Source: Candidatus Izemoplasmatales bacterium (GTDB lineage: Bacteria; Bacillota_I; Bacilli_A; Izemoplasmatales; Hujiaoplasmataceae). Taken from it: a DNA stretch of 51,139 bases. Under the pieces are notes generated by a model that saw nothing but the letters and a program-made list of their open reading frames with translations, did not search any database and was not told the DNA's origin. Shown here one piece after another: positions 27,003-37,181 of this stretch. The DNA is taken from assembly GCA_050177605.1 (NCBI GenBank), contig JBFXGX010000012.1, positions 1 through 51,139 on the forward strand. The letters are read 5' to 3'. The position numbers were made by a program, and so were the translations under genes. Numbering within the stretch: the first letter of the stretch is position 1; every line of letters begins with the position of its first letter.

Positions 27003-27740
27003 ATGATTAAATTTGATAATATTACAAAAACCTATCAACTAAAAAACGAGTTATTTCATGCCTTAAATAACGTTTCATTCGAAATTAACCAAGGAGATAT
27101 CTTTGGAATTATCGGAATGAGTGGCGCAGGAAAAACAACAATTTTGCATATTCTATCTGGATTACTAGAACCTACATCAGGGCATTACATCTATGAAGGT
27201 AAAAAGGTTTATCAAAAAGATGAACAGGTGATTTCATCCTTACAAAAACAAATTGGAGTTGTCTTTCAAGGCTATCAATTACTGATGCAACAAAGCGTCT
27301 ATGAAAATATAGCTTTTGTACTGAAAATCAGAAAGGTTGAGCGAGAAGTAATCAGGGAGAAAGTTCTAGCCATCTTAAAGAAAGTTGGCTTAGAAGCTAA
27401 AGCAAATCAATATCCTAGTTCTTTATCCGGAGGAGAAAAACAGAGAGTAGCTATTGCTAGGGCACTAGTTATTGAGCCGAAGCTACTATTACTTGATGAA
27501 CCTACTTCAGCGCTGGATTCGCTCACAACAAAAGAAATTATTGCTTTAATACGAAAGATTCATTCCGAAAATCAATTAACTATATGTTTGATTACACACG
27601 AGTTAAATGTTGCTAGATTACTAACAAATAGACTTCTTGTGATTGAAAAAGGAAAAGTTATTGAAATGAATGATACAGAGGTTCTATTTAATGACCCAAA
27701 AGAAACCACGACTAAACTTTTACTCGGAAGGGAGGTGTAA
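27003..27740 (+). CDS. metN: Methionine ABC transporter ATPase (short form, no C-terminal NIL domain)
   Basis: ATG 27003 after SD AAGGAG; GMSGAGKT, LSGGEKQRVAIARAL, LLLDEPTSALD, ITHE; 245 aa; followed by metI and metQ. Confidence 0.88.
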   Translation: MIKFDNITKTYQLKNELFHALNNVSFEINQGDIFGIIGMSGAGKTTILHILSGLLEPTSGHYIYEGKKVYQKDEQVISSLQKQIGVVFQGYQLLMQQSVYENIAFVLKIRKVEREVIREKVLAILKKVGLEAKANQYPSSLSGGEKQRVAIARALVIEPKLLLLDEPTSALDSLTTKEIIALIRKIHSENQLTICLITHELNVARLLTNRLLVIEKGKVIEMNDTEVLFNDPKETTTKLLLGREV

Positions 27741-27742
27741 CG

Positions 27743-28408
27743 ATGAGTAATGTATTAAAATTATTAATTGAAGGTAGTATCGATACATTGCTTATGGTCA
27801 TAATTTCGCTTGTACTTGCTTATATATTTGGACTATTGATTGGGATTGTCTTAATACTTACCAAGTCTGGCGGACTAATGCAAGCCCCAAGATTACACCA
27901 AATTTTATCATCCATTATTAATATAATGCGTAGTATTCCCTTTATTATCTTAATGGTTTTATTAATTCCATTTACACGATTTGTTGTAGGAACATCGATT
28001 GGAGTAAGTGGAACAATCGTACCACTCTTTATTTCTGCAACGCCATTTGTGGCGAGAATGATTGAAGCCTCACTCGAAGAAATTGACCAGTTAACCATTG
28101 ATACTGTTCGTGTCTTTGGTGCAAGTAAGTTTGAAATTATATGGAATGTATATTTAAAAGAATCCATACCATCTCTAGTCCGTCAAGTCCCAATTGTCGC
28201 TATTGCGCTCATTGGATATAGTGCAATGGCAGGAGCAACTGGTGGCGGAGGATTAGGAGATATTGCAATAAGATACGGGTATTACAACTATGATACTTCT
28301 ATGATGCTTTATACAATCTTAATCATCATCGTCATTGTTGAAATGTTTCAAATCATCTTTACAACACTCGCAAAAAAAATCGATAAAAAACAGAGGAGAA
28401 AAACATGA
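27743..28408 (+). CDS. metI: Methionine ABC transporter permease
   Basis: RSIPFIILM, VGTSIG, PFVARMIE, IGYSAMAG..GGGGLGDIAIRYGY. Confidence 0.93.
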   Translation: MSNVLKLLIEGSIDTLLMVIISLVLAYIFGLLIGIVLILTKSGGLMQAPRLHQILSSIINIMRSIPFIILMVLLIPFTRFVVGTSIGVSGTIVPLFISATPFVARMIEASLEEIDQLTIDTVRVFGASKFEIIWNVYLKESIPSLVRQVPIVAIALIGYSAMAGATGGGGLGDIAIRYGYYNYDTSMMLYTILIIIVIVEMFQIIFTTLAKKIDKKQRRKT

Positions 28409-29217
28409 AAAAACTATTAACCATTTTTACCATCTTATTTACAGCATTTGCTCTTATTGGATGTAATTCAAAAGAGGATATAAACGATTCTACATTAGTC
28501 ATTGGGGCTTCAACGACACCCCATGCTGAAATTCTTGAATATATTCGCCCACAACTAGAAGCGGCGGGATATACACTTGAAATTGTTGAATTTACAGATT
28601 ATGTATTACCGAATTTAGCATTAGAAAATGAAGAACTTGACGCTAATTTCTTCCAACATGTTCCCTATTTGGAATACTTTAACGCTGAGAACGATACGCA
28701 TTTAGTATCTGCTGGTGTAGTACATTTTGAACCACTGGGAATCTATAGCGGGAAATCATCCGATTTAAGTTCAATCACAACTGGAGCACAAATTGCAATT
28801 CCAAATGATTCGACAAATCGTGCCAGAGCTTTGTTGTTACTACAAGCAAATGGTATTATTACCTTAAATGAAGGAGTTGGACTTGAAGCAACAGTACTTG
28901 ATATTGCATCAAATCCATATAATATTGATTTTGTAGAGATGGAAGCAGCATCGATTCCAGCTGCTTTACAAGATGTGGATTTTGGTGTGATCAACGGAAA
29001 TTATGCTTTAAGCAGTAATGTCATTGATCACTTACTAGCATCTGAATCTGCTGATTCTGAAGCAGCACTTCTTTATGCAAATATCATTGCGGTTAGAGAA
29101 GGCGATGAAAATAGTGAAGCGATTGTCACGCTAGTATCGATTCTACAATCAGAAGATGTGCGTAACTTTATCACGACAAACTATCAAGGAATTGTATTAC
29201 CTGCCTATATTGGATAA
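28405..29217 (+). CDS. metQ: Methionine-binding lipoprotein, MetQ/NlpA family
   Basis: Lipobox LIGC, PHAEILE, FTDYVLPN, DANFFQH, IPNDSTNRARAL, INGNYA. Confidence 0.93.
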   Translation: MKKLLTIFTILFTAFALIGCNSKEDINDSTLVIGASTTPHAEILEYIRPQLEAAGYTLEIVEFTDYVLPNLALENEELDANFFQHVPYLEYFNAENDTHLVSAGVVHFEPLGIYSGKSSDLSSITTGAQIAIPNDSTNRARALLLLQANGIITLNEGVGLEATVLDIASNPYNIDFVEMEAASIPAALQDVDFGVINGNYALSSNVIDHLLASESADSEAALLYANIIAVREGDENSEAIVTLVSILQSEDVRNFITTNYQGIVLPAYIG

Positions 29218-29220
29218 ATT

Positions 29221-29243
29221 GGAAGCTCCGGCTTCCTTTTTTT
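29221..29243 (+). terminator. Intrinsic terminator of metNIQ
   Basis: GGAAGC-tccg-GCTTCC-T7. Confidence 0.88.
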
Positions 29244-29244
29244 C

Positions 29245-29273
29245 TCGACAAAATAAAAAATATTTAGTATAAT
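29245..29273 (+). promoter_or_regulatory. Promoter about 190 nt upstream of cvfB
   Basis: TCGACA-17 nt-TATAAT. Confidence 0.7.
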
Positions 29274-29308
29274 AGTATTAGTTTTTAAGGAAGAAAAGAA
29301 GGAATTTT

Positions 29309-29467
29309 ATGTCAAACACTCTTTATTACGAGGAAAGTAACTTACGCAAATCATTACGATTTGTGTTTTTTTCGTTATTTCGCCTAAATAACAAAGAGCC
29401 TTTACAACATCGTCTGGTTTATTTTTTCTTATTTATCTTTTTTCCCTTGGGAGAGGTGAACGTATGA
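29309..29467 (+). CDS. Putative 52-aa Phe-rich upstream ORF/leader peptide, not in the ORF track
   Basis: MSNTLYYEESNLRKSLRFVFFSLFRLNNKEPLQHRLVYFFLFIFFPLGEVNV*; AAGGAA upstream; its TGA overlaps the cvfB ATG (ATGA). Confidence 0.35.
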   Translation: MSNTLYYEESNLRKSLRFVFFSLFRLNNKEPLQHRLVYFFLFIFFPLGEVNV

Positions 29468-30318
29468 TGACAATTGGAGATTTTAATACACTTACTGTAA
29501 AAAGAGAAAGTGATATTGCCTATATTTTAACCGATGGTGTGGAAGAAATCTTTTTACACAAAAAAGAAGCACTTCGTCCTTACTTACCTGAAGAAAAAAT
29601 CGATGTATTTTTATACGTTGATAATGTAGGTAGAATTACTGCTTCTACAAAAGAGCCACTTACTACTATCCAAAAAGCAGCTTTTTTAGATGTGGTTTCC
29701 GTCAATCATCAATATGGTGTATTCCTAGACAATCATTTAGTGAAAGATTTACTCTTATCACTTGATGACTTGCCTTTACAACTTGATCTTTGGCCAAAGC
29801 CAGGAGATAAGATGTTTGTATCGATGAAAGAAAAGAAACAACATTTATATGCACGCATTTTGGGTAAAAAACAAATCGCTCCGTATTTTCAACACATGGA
29901 GAAGGATGATTTAGTTGTTGGCCAAACATATGATGCATATATACAATATATCCTAGACGATGGCTATTTAGCATTTACACTCGTAGGGGAAGAAATTTAT
30001 ATTTCTTTTACGCAATGTCGTAAAGAATATCATTTAGGAGAACTCGTTCAAGTAAAAATATTAAAGATGAATGCCCATCATGAATATACTGGTTCAATGA
30101 TTGAACAAAAAGAAAAAATGTTAAATTCTGATGGTGAAAAATTAGTCGCTTATATGGTGAATCATGGTGGCGAAATGCGTTATACTGACAAGTCAGCTGC
30201 AGAAGAAATTGCATTTGCCTTTAGCATGAGCAAAGGTGCATTTAAAAGAGCCCTTGGTTCGTTATATAAAGCAGGGAAAGTTGAACTTTCTGAAACAAAA
30301 ACAATTCTAAAAAAATAA
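29464..30318 (+). CDS. cvfB: CvfB/YitL-family S1-domain RNA-binding protein
   Basis: IGDFNTLTV, VFLYVD, GVFLD..KDLLL, C-terminal winged helix DKSAAEEI..FSMSKGAFKRALGSLYK. Confidence 0.88.
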   Translation: MMTIGDFNTLTVKRESDIAYILTDGVEEIFLHKKEALRPYLPEEKIDVFLYVDNVGRITASTKEPLTTIQKAAFLDVVSVNHQYGVFLDNHLVKDLLLSLDDLPLQLDLWPKPGDKMFVSMKEKKQHLYARILGKKQIAPYFQHMEKDDLVVGQTYDAYIQYILDDGYLAFTLVGEEIYISFTQCRKEYHLGELVQVKILKMNAHHEYTGSMIEQKEKMLNSDGEKLVAYMVNHGGEMRYTDKSAAEEIAFAFSMSKGAFKRALGSLYKAGKVELSETKTILKK

Positions 30319-30330
30319 AGGAGATTAATC

Positions 30331-31062
30331 ATGGGAAGAGCACATGAAGTAAGAGCAGCATCGATGGCGAAAACCGCTGCGATAAAAAGTAAATTATATT
30401 CAAGATTCGGTAAAGAAATTTATATGCATGCAAAAGCAGGCGGACCAGATCCTGATTCAAACTTAGCTTTAAAAAGAGCAATTGAAAGAGCAAAACAAAA
30501 CCAAGTTCCTGCAGATGTTATCAAACGTAATATCGAAAAATCAAAAGGTGGCGTTGGTGAAGACTATTCTCCAGTTCGCTATGAAGGATTCGGACCAGGT
30601 GGATGCACATTAATCGTTGAATGTTTAACTGATAATGTCAACCGTACATTTGGAGAAGTTCGTTCTTGTTTCACAAAAACTGGTGGTAAATTAGGCGTTG
30701 CTGGTAGCGTAGCTTATTTATATACTTATTGTGCTTTAATCAGCGTTGAAGGAATCAGCGAAGATGAAGTGTTAGAACTAATGATGGAAAAAGGAATTGA
30801 TATTACAGATATTGAATCAGAAGATGGTATCGTAACAATCACAGGACAACCTTCAGACTTAGATAACATGAAAGATGCGTTAACAGAAACAGGAAAAGAA
30901 CTCAACTTCTTAGAAGATAAAGTTACTTATTTACCTGGAGATAGAATTGATATCGCACAAGAGGATCTTGATAAATTTAATCGTTTTATCGCAATGACAG
31001 ATGAAATTGATGATGTTCAAGAAGTATTCCATAATATCAATTTACCAATTGAAGAAGAATAA
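30331..31062 (+). CDS. yebC: YebC/PmpR-family protein
   Basis: MGRAHE, GGPDPDSN, YEGFGPGG, LTDNVNRT, DDVQEVFHN. Confidence 0.93.
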   Translation: MGRAHEVRAASMAKTAAIKSKLYSRFGKEIYMHAKAGGPDPDSNLALKRAIERAKQNQVPADVIKRNIEKSKGGVGEDYSPVRYEGFGPGGCTLIVECLTDNVNRTFGEVRSCFTKTGGKLGVAGSVAYLYTYCALISVEGISEDEVLELMMEKGIDITDIESEDGIVTITGQPSDLDNMKDALTETGKELNFLEDKVTYLPGDRIDIAQEDLDKFNRFIAMTDEIDDVQEVFHNINLPIEEE

Positions 31063-31065
31063 TTG

Positions 31066-31090
31066 AAAAGCAACGATTCTGTTGCTTTTT
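31066..31090 (+). terminator. Intrinsic terminator
   Basis: AAAAGCAAC-gattct-GTTGCTTTTT. Confidence 0.8.
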
Positions 31091-31154
31091 CTTTATCAAG
31101 ATTCTTTTGATAAATATTCATTTTATGATATAATATTCTTTAGAGGTGTATAGG

Positions 31155-31727
31155 ATGAATCTACCAAATAAATTAACAATGTTTCGTATTATCTTGATTC
31201 CAGTATTTGTCGTACTTTATATTATCAGAGACTATATTGGAAATAGCGTCTTTTATTTACTAGGAGTGGTCTTTGTGATTGCATCATTGACAGATTACTT
31301 TGATGGGAAAATTGCGAGAAGTAGAGGTCTTGTAACAACTTTTGGTAAGTTTATTGATCCATTAGCTGATAAATTATTAGTGATGGCTGCCTTACTCGTT
31401 CTATCTGATTTTTTCACTTTTGGAAGCGGATATTGGATGCCTTTTTGGGTGCCACTCGTGATTTTATCAAGAGAGCTTATCGTCACGTCAATACGTTTAG
31501 TAGCGGTTGGTGAAGGAAAGATTATTGCCGCTTCAAAAATGGGTAAATATAAGACAGCGGTAACGATGCTTACGATTACTTATTATCTCTTCCTAACAGG
31601 TTTTGCAGGAACTGCTGTATTTGATATTATCGCTATTATATTAACATCTGCCAGCATAATCTTAACAATTGTTTCGGGTGTTGATTATTTTAATAAAAAC
31701 AAAAAAATTATTTTAGAATCAATTTAA
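31155..31727 (+). CDS. pgsA: CDP-diacylglycerol--glycerol-3-phosphate 3-phosphatidyltransferase
   Basis: [36 protein letters not shown]. Confidence 0.95.
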   Translation: MNLPNKLTMFRIILIPVFVVLYIIRDYIGNSVFYLLGVVFVIASLTDYFDGKIARSRGLVTTFGKFIDPLADKLLVMAALLVLSDFFTFGSGYWMPFWVPLVILSRELIVTSIRLVAVGEGKIIAASKMGKYKTAVTMLTITYYLFLTGFAGTAVFDIIAIILTSASIILTIVSGVDYFNKNKKIILESI

Positions 31728-31786
31728 AGAATCATATATCATTCTACGTATCATTTATAAGACGACCCTTAACGAGGAGGCCCAAT

Positions 31787-32782
31787 ATGGCAGATGAAAA
31801 AAGAAGGAAAAGTTTAGAAGTTGCTTTAAAAGAAATCGAAAAAGAATACGGCAAAGGTGCTGTAATGATTTTAGGCGAAGCAGAACATAATATGAATGTT
31901 GAATCCATTTCAAGTGGATCTATTGCACTAGATATTGCACTCGGTGTTGGCGGATATCCAAGAGGAAGAATCATCGAAATCTATGGTCCTGAGTCTTCAG
32001 GGAAAACTACGTTTGCACTTCATGCCATTGCGGAAGTACAAAAAAAAGGTGGGTATGCAGCGTTTATTGATGCTGAACATGCACTTGACCCAGTCTATGC
32101 AAAAGCTCTAGGTGTTGATGTGGATGCGTTAATCTTATCGCAACCAGATACTGGAGAACAAGGGTTGGAGATTGCAGAAGCACTTATTCGTAGTGGTGCA
32201 GTAGATATCGTTGTTGTTGACTCTGTAGCTGCTTTAGTTCCTGAAGCTGAAATCAGAGGTGAAATGGGAGATAGTCATGTTGGATTGCAAGCTAGACTGA
32301 TGTCTCAAGCAATGAGAAAATTATCTGGTGTACTTTCTAAGTCTCAATGTATCGCAATTTTCATTAATCAAATACGCGAAAAAGTTGGTGTGATGTTTGG
32401 AAATCCTGAAACGACACCAGGCGGTAGGGCACTGAAGTTCTATTCTTCAGTCAGATTAGAAATCCGTCGTGGAGATCAAATTAAAGATGGTAATGACATC
32501 ACCGGAAATCAAGCTAAAATTAAAGTTGTTAAAAATAAAGTAGCAGCACCATTTAAAAACTGTGTTGTTGATATCGTATTTGGTGAAGGAATTTCTCATC
32601 TTGGAGAAATCGTTGATTTAGCGACTGAACAAGAAATCATTAAAAAGTCTGGTTCTTGGTATGCCTATAATGATCAAAAAATTGGCCAAGGACGTGAAAA
32701 CGTTAAAAAGTACTTACAAGAAAATCCTGATTTAGCAAAAGAGTTAGAAAATATCATTCGAGAAAAAGCATTCGTTAAATAG
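31787..32782 (+). CDS. recA: Recombinase RecA
   Basis: [44 protein letters not shown]. Confidence 0.99.
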   Translation: MADEKRRKSLEVALKEIEKEYGKGAVMILGEAEHNMNVESISSGSIALDIALGVGGYPRGRIIEIYGPESSGKTTFALHAIAEVQKKGGYAAFIDAEHALDPVYAKALGVDVDALILSQPDTGEQGLEIAEALIRSGAVDIVVVDSVAALVPEAEIRGEMGDSHVGLQARLMSQAMRKLSGVLSKSQCIAIFINQIREKVGVMFGNPETTPGGRALKFYSSVRLEIRRGDQIKDGNDITGNQAKIKVVKNKVAAPFKNCVVDIVFGEGISHLGEIVDLATEQEIIKKSGSWYAYNDQKIGQGRENVKKYLQENPDLAKELENIIREKAFVK

Positions 32783-32804
32783 AAAACCGGTCTCCGGTTT
32801 TTTT
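32783..32804 (+). terminator. Intrinsic terminator
   Basis: AAAACCGG-tct-CCGGTTTT-TTT. Confidence 0.85.
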
Positions 32805-32848
32805 ATTTTGGTGAAAATAAAGAACTCGATAAAACAAGGAAATAATTT

Positions 32849-32877
32849 TTGACTAAACAGACAATTTAAGGTATAAT
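32849..32877 (+). promoter_or_regulatory. rny promoter
   Basis: TTGACT-17 nt-TATAAT. Confidence 0.78.
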
Positions 32878-32961
32878 AGAATAGAATTATGGAGTATATT
32901 CCTTGCCTCACTGTCGTGAAGCTTTGATTATATAACAACTAAATAAAACGGAGGTAATAAA

Positions 32962-34524
32962 ATGTCACCAGTTGAGATTATTATTTCCATTTTGCTTAGC
33001 TTAGTTGTCGGTGGATTAATTGGATTCATATCGCGTGTTAGATTTGTGGAAAAAGGTTTCCAAACTGCACGTAATAAATCACAAAGTATTATTGACGATG
33101 CAAACACTCAAGCGGAAAAAATTAAAAAAGAAAAATTATTAGAAGCCAAACAAGAAATTTATAATCTAAACTCTGAAAACGATAAATTAATTAAAGAGAA
33201 AAAAGCGATGGTCTCTGAACTTGAAAACAAGTTGACCCAACGTGAAGATTTGCTAGAACGCCGTTCTGCAAATTTAGACAAACGTGAGCTTAATTTAGAT
33301 CGTAAAGAAGAAGTATTGGACGAAAAGAAAATCGCTATTGAGGAAAGACAAAGCAAACTGGAAAGCATTATTCAAGAACAAAATGTAAAATTACTTGAAA
33401 TCGCTAATTTTACAGAAGAACAAGCAAAACAAGTTATCATGGAACGAGTAGAAGATGAGATGGCAGTTGAAATCGATAAGTATATTCGTGAACAAGAAGA
33501 ACAAGCAAAACAAGATGCCCAAAAAATGGCAAAAGAATTAATTACTCAAGCTATTCAAAAATATGCACAAGACGTTACTGCAGAAACCACAGTATCGGTT
33601 GTGAATTTACCAAATGATGAAATGAAAGGTCGAATTATTGGTCGTGAAGGTCGTAATATTCGTACCATTGAAGCATTAACTGGTGTTGACTTAATTATTG
33701 ATGATACACCAGAAGCAGTCGTTCTTTCTGGATTTGATCCAGTCAGAAGAGAGATTGCGAAAAAAACCATTGAGACTTTAATTACGGATGGAAGAATTCA
33801 TCCAGCGAGAATTGAAGAAATTGTTGATAAAACTAGAGTTGAAGTGGATCAATTCATTCGTGACATGGGTGACAAAGCAATCTTTGAAACCGGTGTTGGT
33901 AGAATGCATCCAGATTTAGTTAAATTATTAGGTAGAATGCATTTTAGAACCTCCTATGGTCAAAACGCACTTCGCCATTCGATTGAAACATCATTCCTAG
34001 CAGGAAAACTTGCTGTAGAACTTGGTGAAAATGAAGTTATTGCTAAAAGAGCTGGATTACTTCATGACATCGGTAAAGCTGTTGACCATGAGATGGAAGG
34101 AAGTCATGTTGAAATCGGTATTCAGTTAGCCAATAAGTATCATGAGAATATCGCCGTTGTCGATGCCATCAGTTCTCATCATGGTGATGTAGAACCTAAA
34201 ACAATTATAGGTGTACTCGTCGCTGCTGCAGATGCTTTATCTGCCGCTAGACCAGGTGCAAGATCAGAATCGCTAGAAAATTACATTAAACGTTTAACTC
34301 AACTTGAAGAAATTTCTACTTCTGTTCCTGGCGTTGAACAAGCATTTGCTATTCAAGCTGGTAGAGAAGTTCGCGTTATTGTAAAACCAAATGAAATTGA
34401 TGATCAAAAGGCACATTTAGTCGCTAGAGAGATAAAAACTCAAATTGAAGAGAAACTAAGCTATCCTGGTACGATTAAAGTAACCGTGATTCGCGAGACA
34501 CGCGCTCAAGATATTGCAAAATAA
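32962..34524 (+). CDS. rny: Ribonuclease Y
   Basis: N-terminal TM, coiled coil, KH domain [15 protein letters not shown] domain [19 protein letters not shown]. Confidence 0.98.
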   Translation: MSPVEIIISILLSLVVGGLIGFISRVRFVEKGFQTARNKSQSIIDDANTQAEKIKKEKLLEAKQEIYNLNSENDKLIKEKKAMVSELENKLTQREDLLERRSANLDKRELNLDRKEEVLDEKKIAIEERQSKLESIIQEQNVKLLEIANFTEEQAKQVIMERVEDEMAVEIDKYIREQEEQAKQDAQKMAKELITQAIQKYAQDVTAETTVSVVNLPNDEMKGRIIGREGRNIRTIEALTGVDLIIDDTPEAVVLSGFDPVRREIAKKTIETLITDGRIHPARIEEIVDKTRVEVDQFIRDMGDKAIFETGVGRMHPDLVKLLGRMHFRTSYGQNALRHSIETSFLAGKLAVELGENEVIAKRAGLLHDIGKAVDHEMEGSHVEIGIQLANKYHENIAVVDAISSHHGDVEPKTIIGVLVAAADALSAARPGARSESLENYIKRLTQLEEISTSVPGVEQAFAIQAGREVRVIVKPNEIDDQKAHLVAREIKTQIEEKLSYPGTIKVTVIRETRAQDIAK

Positions 34525-34527
34525 AAC

Positions 34528-34554
34528 ATAGCCTTCCCACCTAGGGAAGGCTAT
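34528..34554 (+). terminator. Strong stem-loop between rny and ymdB (weak terminator or stability element)
   Basis: ATAGCCTTCCC-accta-GGGAAGGCTAT; the T run is displaced by CAA. Confidence 0.65.
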
Positions 34555-34573
34555 CAATTTTTAGAGGTGAAAG

Positions 34574-35332
34574 ATGAGAGTATTATTTGTTGGAGACGTC
34601 TATATGGAAAAAGGAAGAGAAGCCTTTGATAGATTTTATCCAGAAGTTAAACAAAAATATCGTCCAAATATTGTTATAGTAAATGGTGAAAATATTGCGA
34701 ATGGGAATGGAATTACTGAACCAATCTATAAAGATTTGATGACAAAAGGCGTTCATGCTATTACTTTAGGTAATCATGCTTTTTCACGTAAAGAAGCTGA
34801 AAAAGTGTTGTCCTTACCCAATGTATGCCGTCCTGCAAACTATGGTAAAGGAACCATTGGTAATGAATATGTAACGATTAACTATAATTCAAAAAAAATC
34901 ACAATTATCAATATGTTAGGCCGAGTCTTTATGAGAGATCAAATCGACAGTCCTTTCACGAAAATGGATGAATTATTATCTCAAATTGATAGTGATTATA
35001 TCTTTGTGGATTTTCATGCTGAAGCAACAAGCGAAAAATATGCTTTCATCAACTACTTAGATGGTAGAGTCAATGCCGTTGTGGGTACGCATACCCATGT
35101 TCCTACTGCAGATAATCAAAAATTTCCAAAAGGAACGCTCTATATCACAGATGTAGGCATGACTGGCGTAAGATATTCTATTATCGGTGGTGAAATCAAA
35201 CAAGGAATCAGAAAATTCTTATCTGGTGTTCCAGAAAGAGTCTTACCAGAAAGCACTGGTCCTTTACAATTTAATGCAGTACTACTTGATTTAGAACAAA
35301 AAACAATTGAACGCATCAATTTAGTTGAGTAG
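34574..35332 (+). CDS. ymdB: YmdB-family metallophosphoesterase
   Basis: FVGDV, NGEN, TLGNH, DFHAEATSEK, GTHTHV, TDVGMTG; follows rny. Confidence 0.94.
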   Translation: MRVLFVGDVYMEKGREAFDRFYPEVKQKYRPNIVIVNGENIANGNGITEPIYKDLMTKGVHAITLGNHAFSRKEAEKVLSLPNVCRPANYGKGTIGNEYVTINYNSKKITIINMLGRVFMRDQIDSPFTKMDELLSQIDSDYIFVDFHAEATSEKYAFINYLDGRVNAVVGTHTHVPTADNQKFPKGTLYITDVGMTGVRYSIIGGEIKQGIRKFLSGVPERVLPESTGPLQFNAVLLDLEQKTIERINLVE

Positions 35333-35395
35333 ATTTTTAACTCATATAATTTGAAAACACTTATAAATTCAGTTATACTAGAACAGGTGATTATC

Positions 35396-36826
35396 ATGAA
35401 AGAACAAGATTTTACTTTACCCGTTTTAAAAGACGCTAGGAAAAGAACAAAAAATGAAACAACTGTGGTCGAGTACGCCTTAAAGGAGGAAGACCTTTCT
35501 TTAGGCATTGGTAAAAAGTATTTCATCCAAACGCATGGATGTCAAGGAAACCTCGCTGATACTGAAAAAATGAAGGGTTTATTAGAAGAAGTTGGGTTTG
35601 AAGAAACCCTTGATGAAGAACTCGCAGATCTTATTATCGTCAATACCTGTGCGATCCGTGAAAATGCAGAAAACAAGGTATTTGGTGAACTAGGAAGATT
35701 TAAACATTTAAAACTTCAAAAACCTGATTTAGTTATCGCTGTCGGTGGATGTATGTCTCAAGAAGAAAATGTTGTCGAAAGACTATTAAAAACATATCGA
35801 CAAGTAGATATTATTTTTGGAACGCATAATCTCCATCAATTAATCGAGTTTTTAAAAATAGTGATGATTGAAAAAAGAAGAGTTGTCGAAGTTTTATCTT
35901 TTGAAGGAGATATCGTAGAAAATGTACCTTCTTTACGGGATAGCAAATACAAAGCATGGGTAAACATTATGTATGGCTGTGACGAATTCTGTACTTATTG
36001 TATCGTCCCCTATACAAGAGGAAAAGAACGCTCTAGAAAACCTGAACATATCCTAAAAGAAGTGCAAGAATTAGCAGATAAAGGATATCAAGAAGTGACT
36101 TTACTTGGTCAAAATGTTAATTCATATGGTCTTGATTTTCAAGACAGTACTTATCGATTTGCAGATTTGCTTTCTGATTTATCTAAAATTAATATTGCAC
36201 GTATTCGTTTTACAACATCTCATCCAAAAGATTTTTCAAGTGAGATAATCGATGTATTAGCAAGTGGAAAGAACTTAATGCCTTACATTCACCTACCAGT
36301 GCAATCAGGAAGTAATAAAGTTTTAAAAGCGATGAATCGTAAATATACAAAAGAAATTTATTTACAAGTCATCAACGAGATCAAATCAAAGATTCCTGGT
36401 GTTTCAATAACAACTGATATTATTGTTGGCTTCCCTGGAGAAACTGAAGAAGATTTCTTAGAAACATTAGATTTAGTGAAACAATCAGGATTTGAAGGAG
36501 CTTATACTTTTGTATTTAGTCCAAGAAAAGGGACTCCTGCAGCTTCATTTGAAGATCTTACTTCCAAAGAAGAAAAGAAACAAAGGCTTTATCGTTTAAA
36601 TGAACTGATTAATGAAGGATTTAAAGAAGGGAACAAAAGATTCCTTGGTGAAACTGTTGATGTACTTGTGGACGGATTATCGAAAACAAAAGATGAATAT
36701 TATAGCGGTTATACCCCACATAACAAATTAGTTCATTTTAGTGCAAGCGAGGATTTAATTGGGAAAATTATCAAAGTTAAAATCACTGAAGCAAAAACAT
36801 GGAATTTAGTAGGAGAAGTCGTATGA
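35396..36826 (+). CDS. miaB: tRNA-2-methylthio-N6-dimethylallyladenosine synthase
   Basis: THGCQGN, NTCAIRENAE, GGCM, radical SAM CDEFCTYC, C-terminal TRAM domain; ATG 35396 after AGGTG. Confidence 0.95.
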   Translation: MKEQDFTLPVLKDARKRTKNETTVVEYALKEEDLSLGIGKKYFIQTHGCQGNLADTEKMKGLLEEVGFEETLDEELADLIIVNTCAIRENAENKVFGELGRFKHLKLQKPDLVIAVGGCMSQEENVVERLLKTYRQVDIIFGTHNLHQLIEFLKIVMIEKRRVVEVLSFEGDIVENVPSLRDSKYKAWVNIMYGCDEFCTYCIVPYTRGKERSRKPEHILKEVQELADKGYQEVTLLGQNVNSYGLDFQDSTYRFADLLSDLSKINIARIRFTTSHPKDFSSEIIDVLASGKNLMPYIHLPVQSGSNKVLKAMNRKYTKEIYLQVINEIKSKIPGVSITTDIIVGFPGETEEDFLETLDLVKQSGFEGAYTFVFSPRKGTPAASFEDLTSKEEKKQRLYRLNELINEGFKEGNKRFLGETVDVLVDGLSKTKDEYYSGYTPHNKLVHFSASEDLIGKIIKVKITEAKTWNLVGEVV

Positions 36827-37137
36827 CAAATTTCGACGAAATTGTGTCTTTGATCAAACAATTAGATAGTTTTAAGCAATTGATTGCGATCAAAACGAAA
36901 ATTGAGGAAGATCAAAAATACCTTGATTCATACCAAGATATTCTTGCTCTTCAAAAGGAAGTAGTCAAGTTAGAATACTATGAACGAAGTCAAGAAGCAA
37001 GAGCAAAAAGAGAAGAGTATCTAGCAAAACTAGACGCATTTAAAAATGAAGTCATCGTACTAGATTACTTAAATCAAATTGATGAGTTTAGTAATTTTAT
37101 ACATGAACTTGAAAACATAATTAACCAAACGATATAA
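36823..37137 (+). CDS. YlbF/YmcA-family (RicA-like) helical protein
   Basis: 104 aa, all-helical, LQKEVV..E-like segment; ATGA overlap with miaB, the position of ymcA/ricA in Bacilli. Confidence 0.7.
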   Translation: MTNFDEIVSLIKQLDSFKQLIAIKTKIEEDQKYLDSYQDILALQKEVVKLEYYERSQEARAKREEYLAKLDAFKNEVIVLDYLNQIDEFSNFIHELENIINQTI

Positions 37138-37141
37138 AGAT

Positions 37142-37181
37142 AAATCACCAAATTTGTGAACTTCCTCATTTGGTGATTTTT
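37142..37181 (+). terminator. Probable terminator
   Basis: AAATCACCAAAT...ATTTGGTGATTT-TT. Confidence 0.7.

Noticed and set aside
29310..29392. Resemblance to a c-di-GMP-I (GEMM) riboswitch: GTCAAAC..GGAAA..ACGCAAA..GCCTAAA in the right order
   Set aside because: The P1 helix around the GAAA loop and the P2 receptor helix do not pair as required; not called without a covariance-model hit.
31728..31786. LexA/Cheo box or separate promoter upstream of recA
   Set aside because: No GAAC-N4-GTTC and no convincing -35/-10 pair; recA is probably co-transcribed with pgsA.
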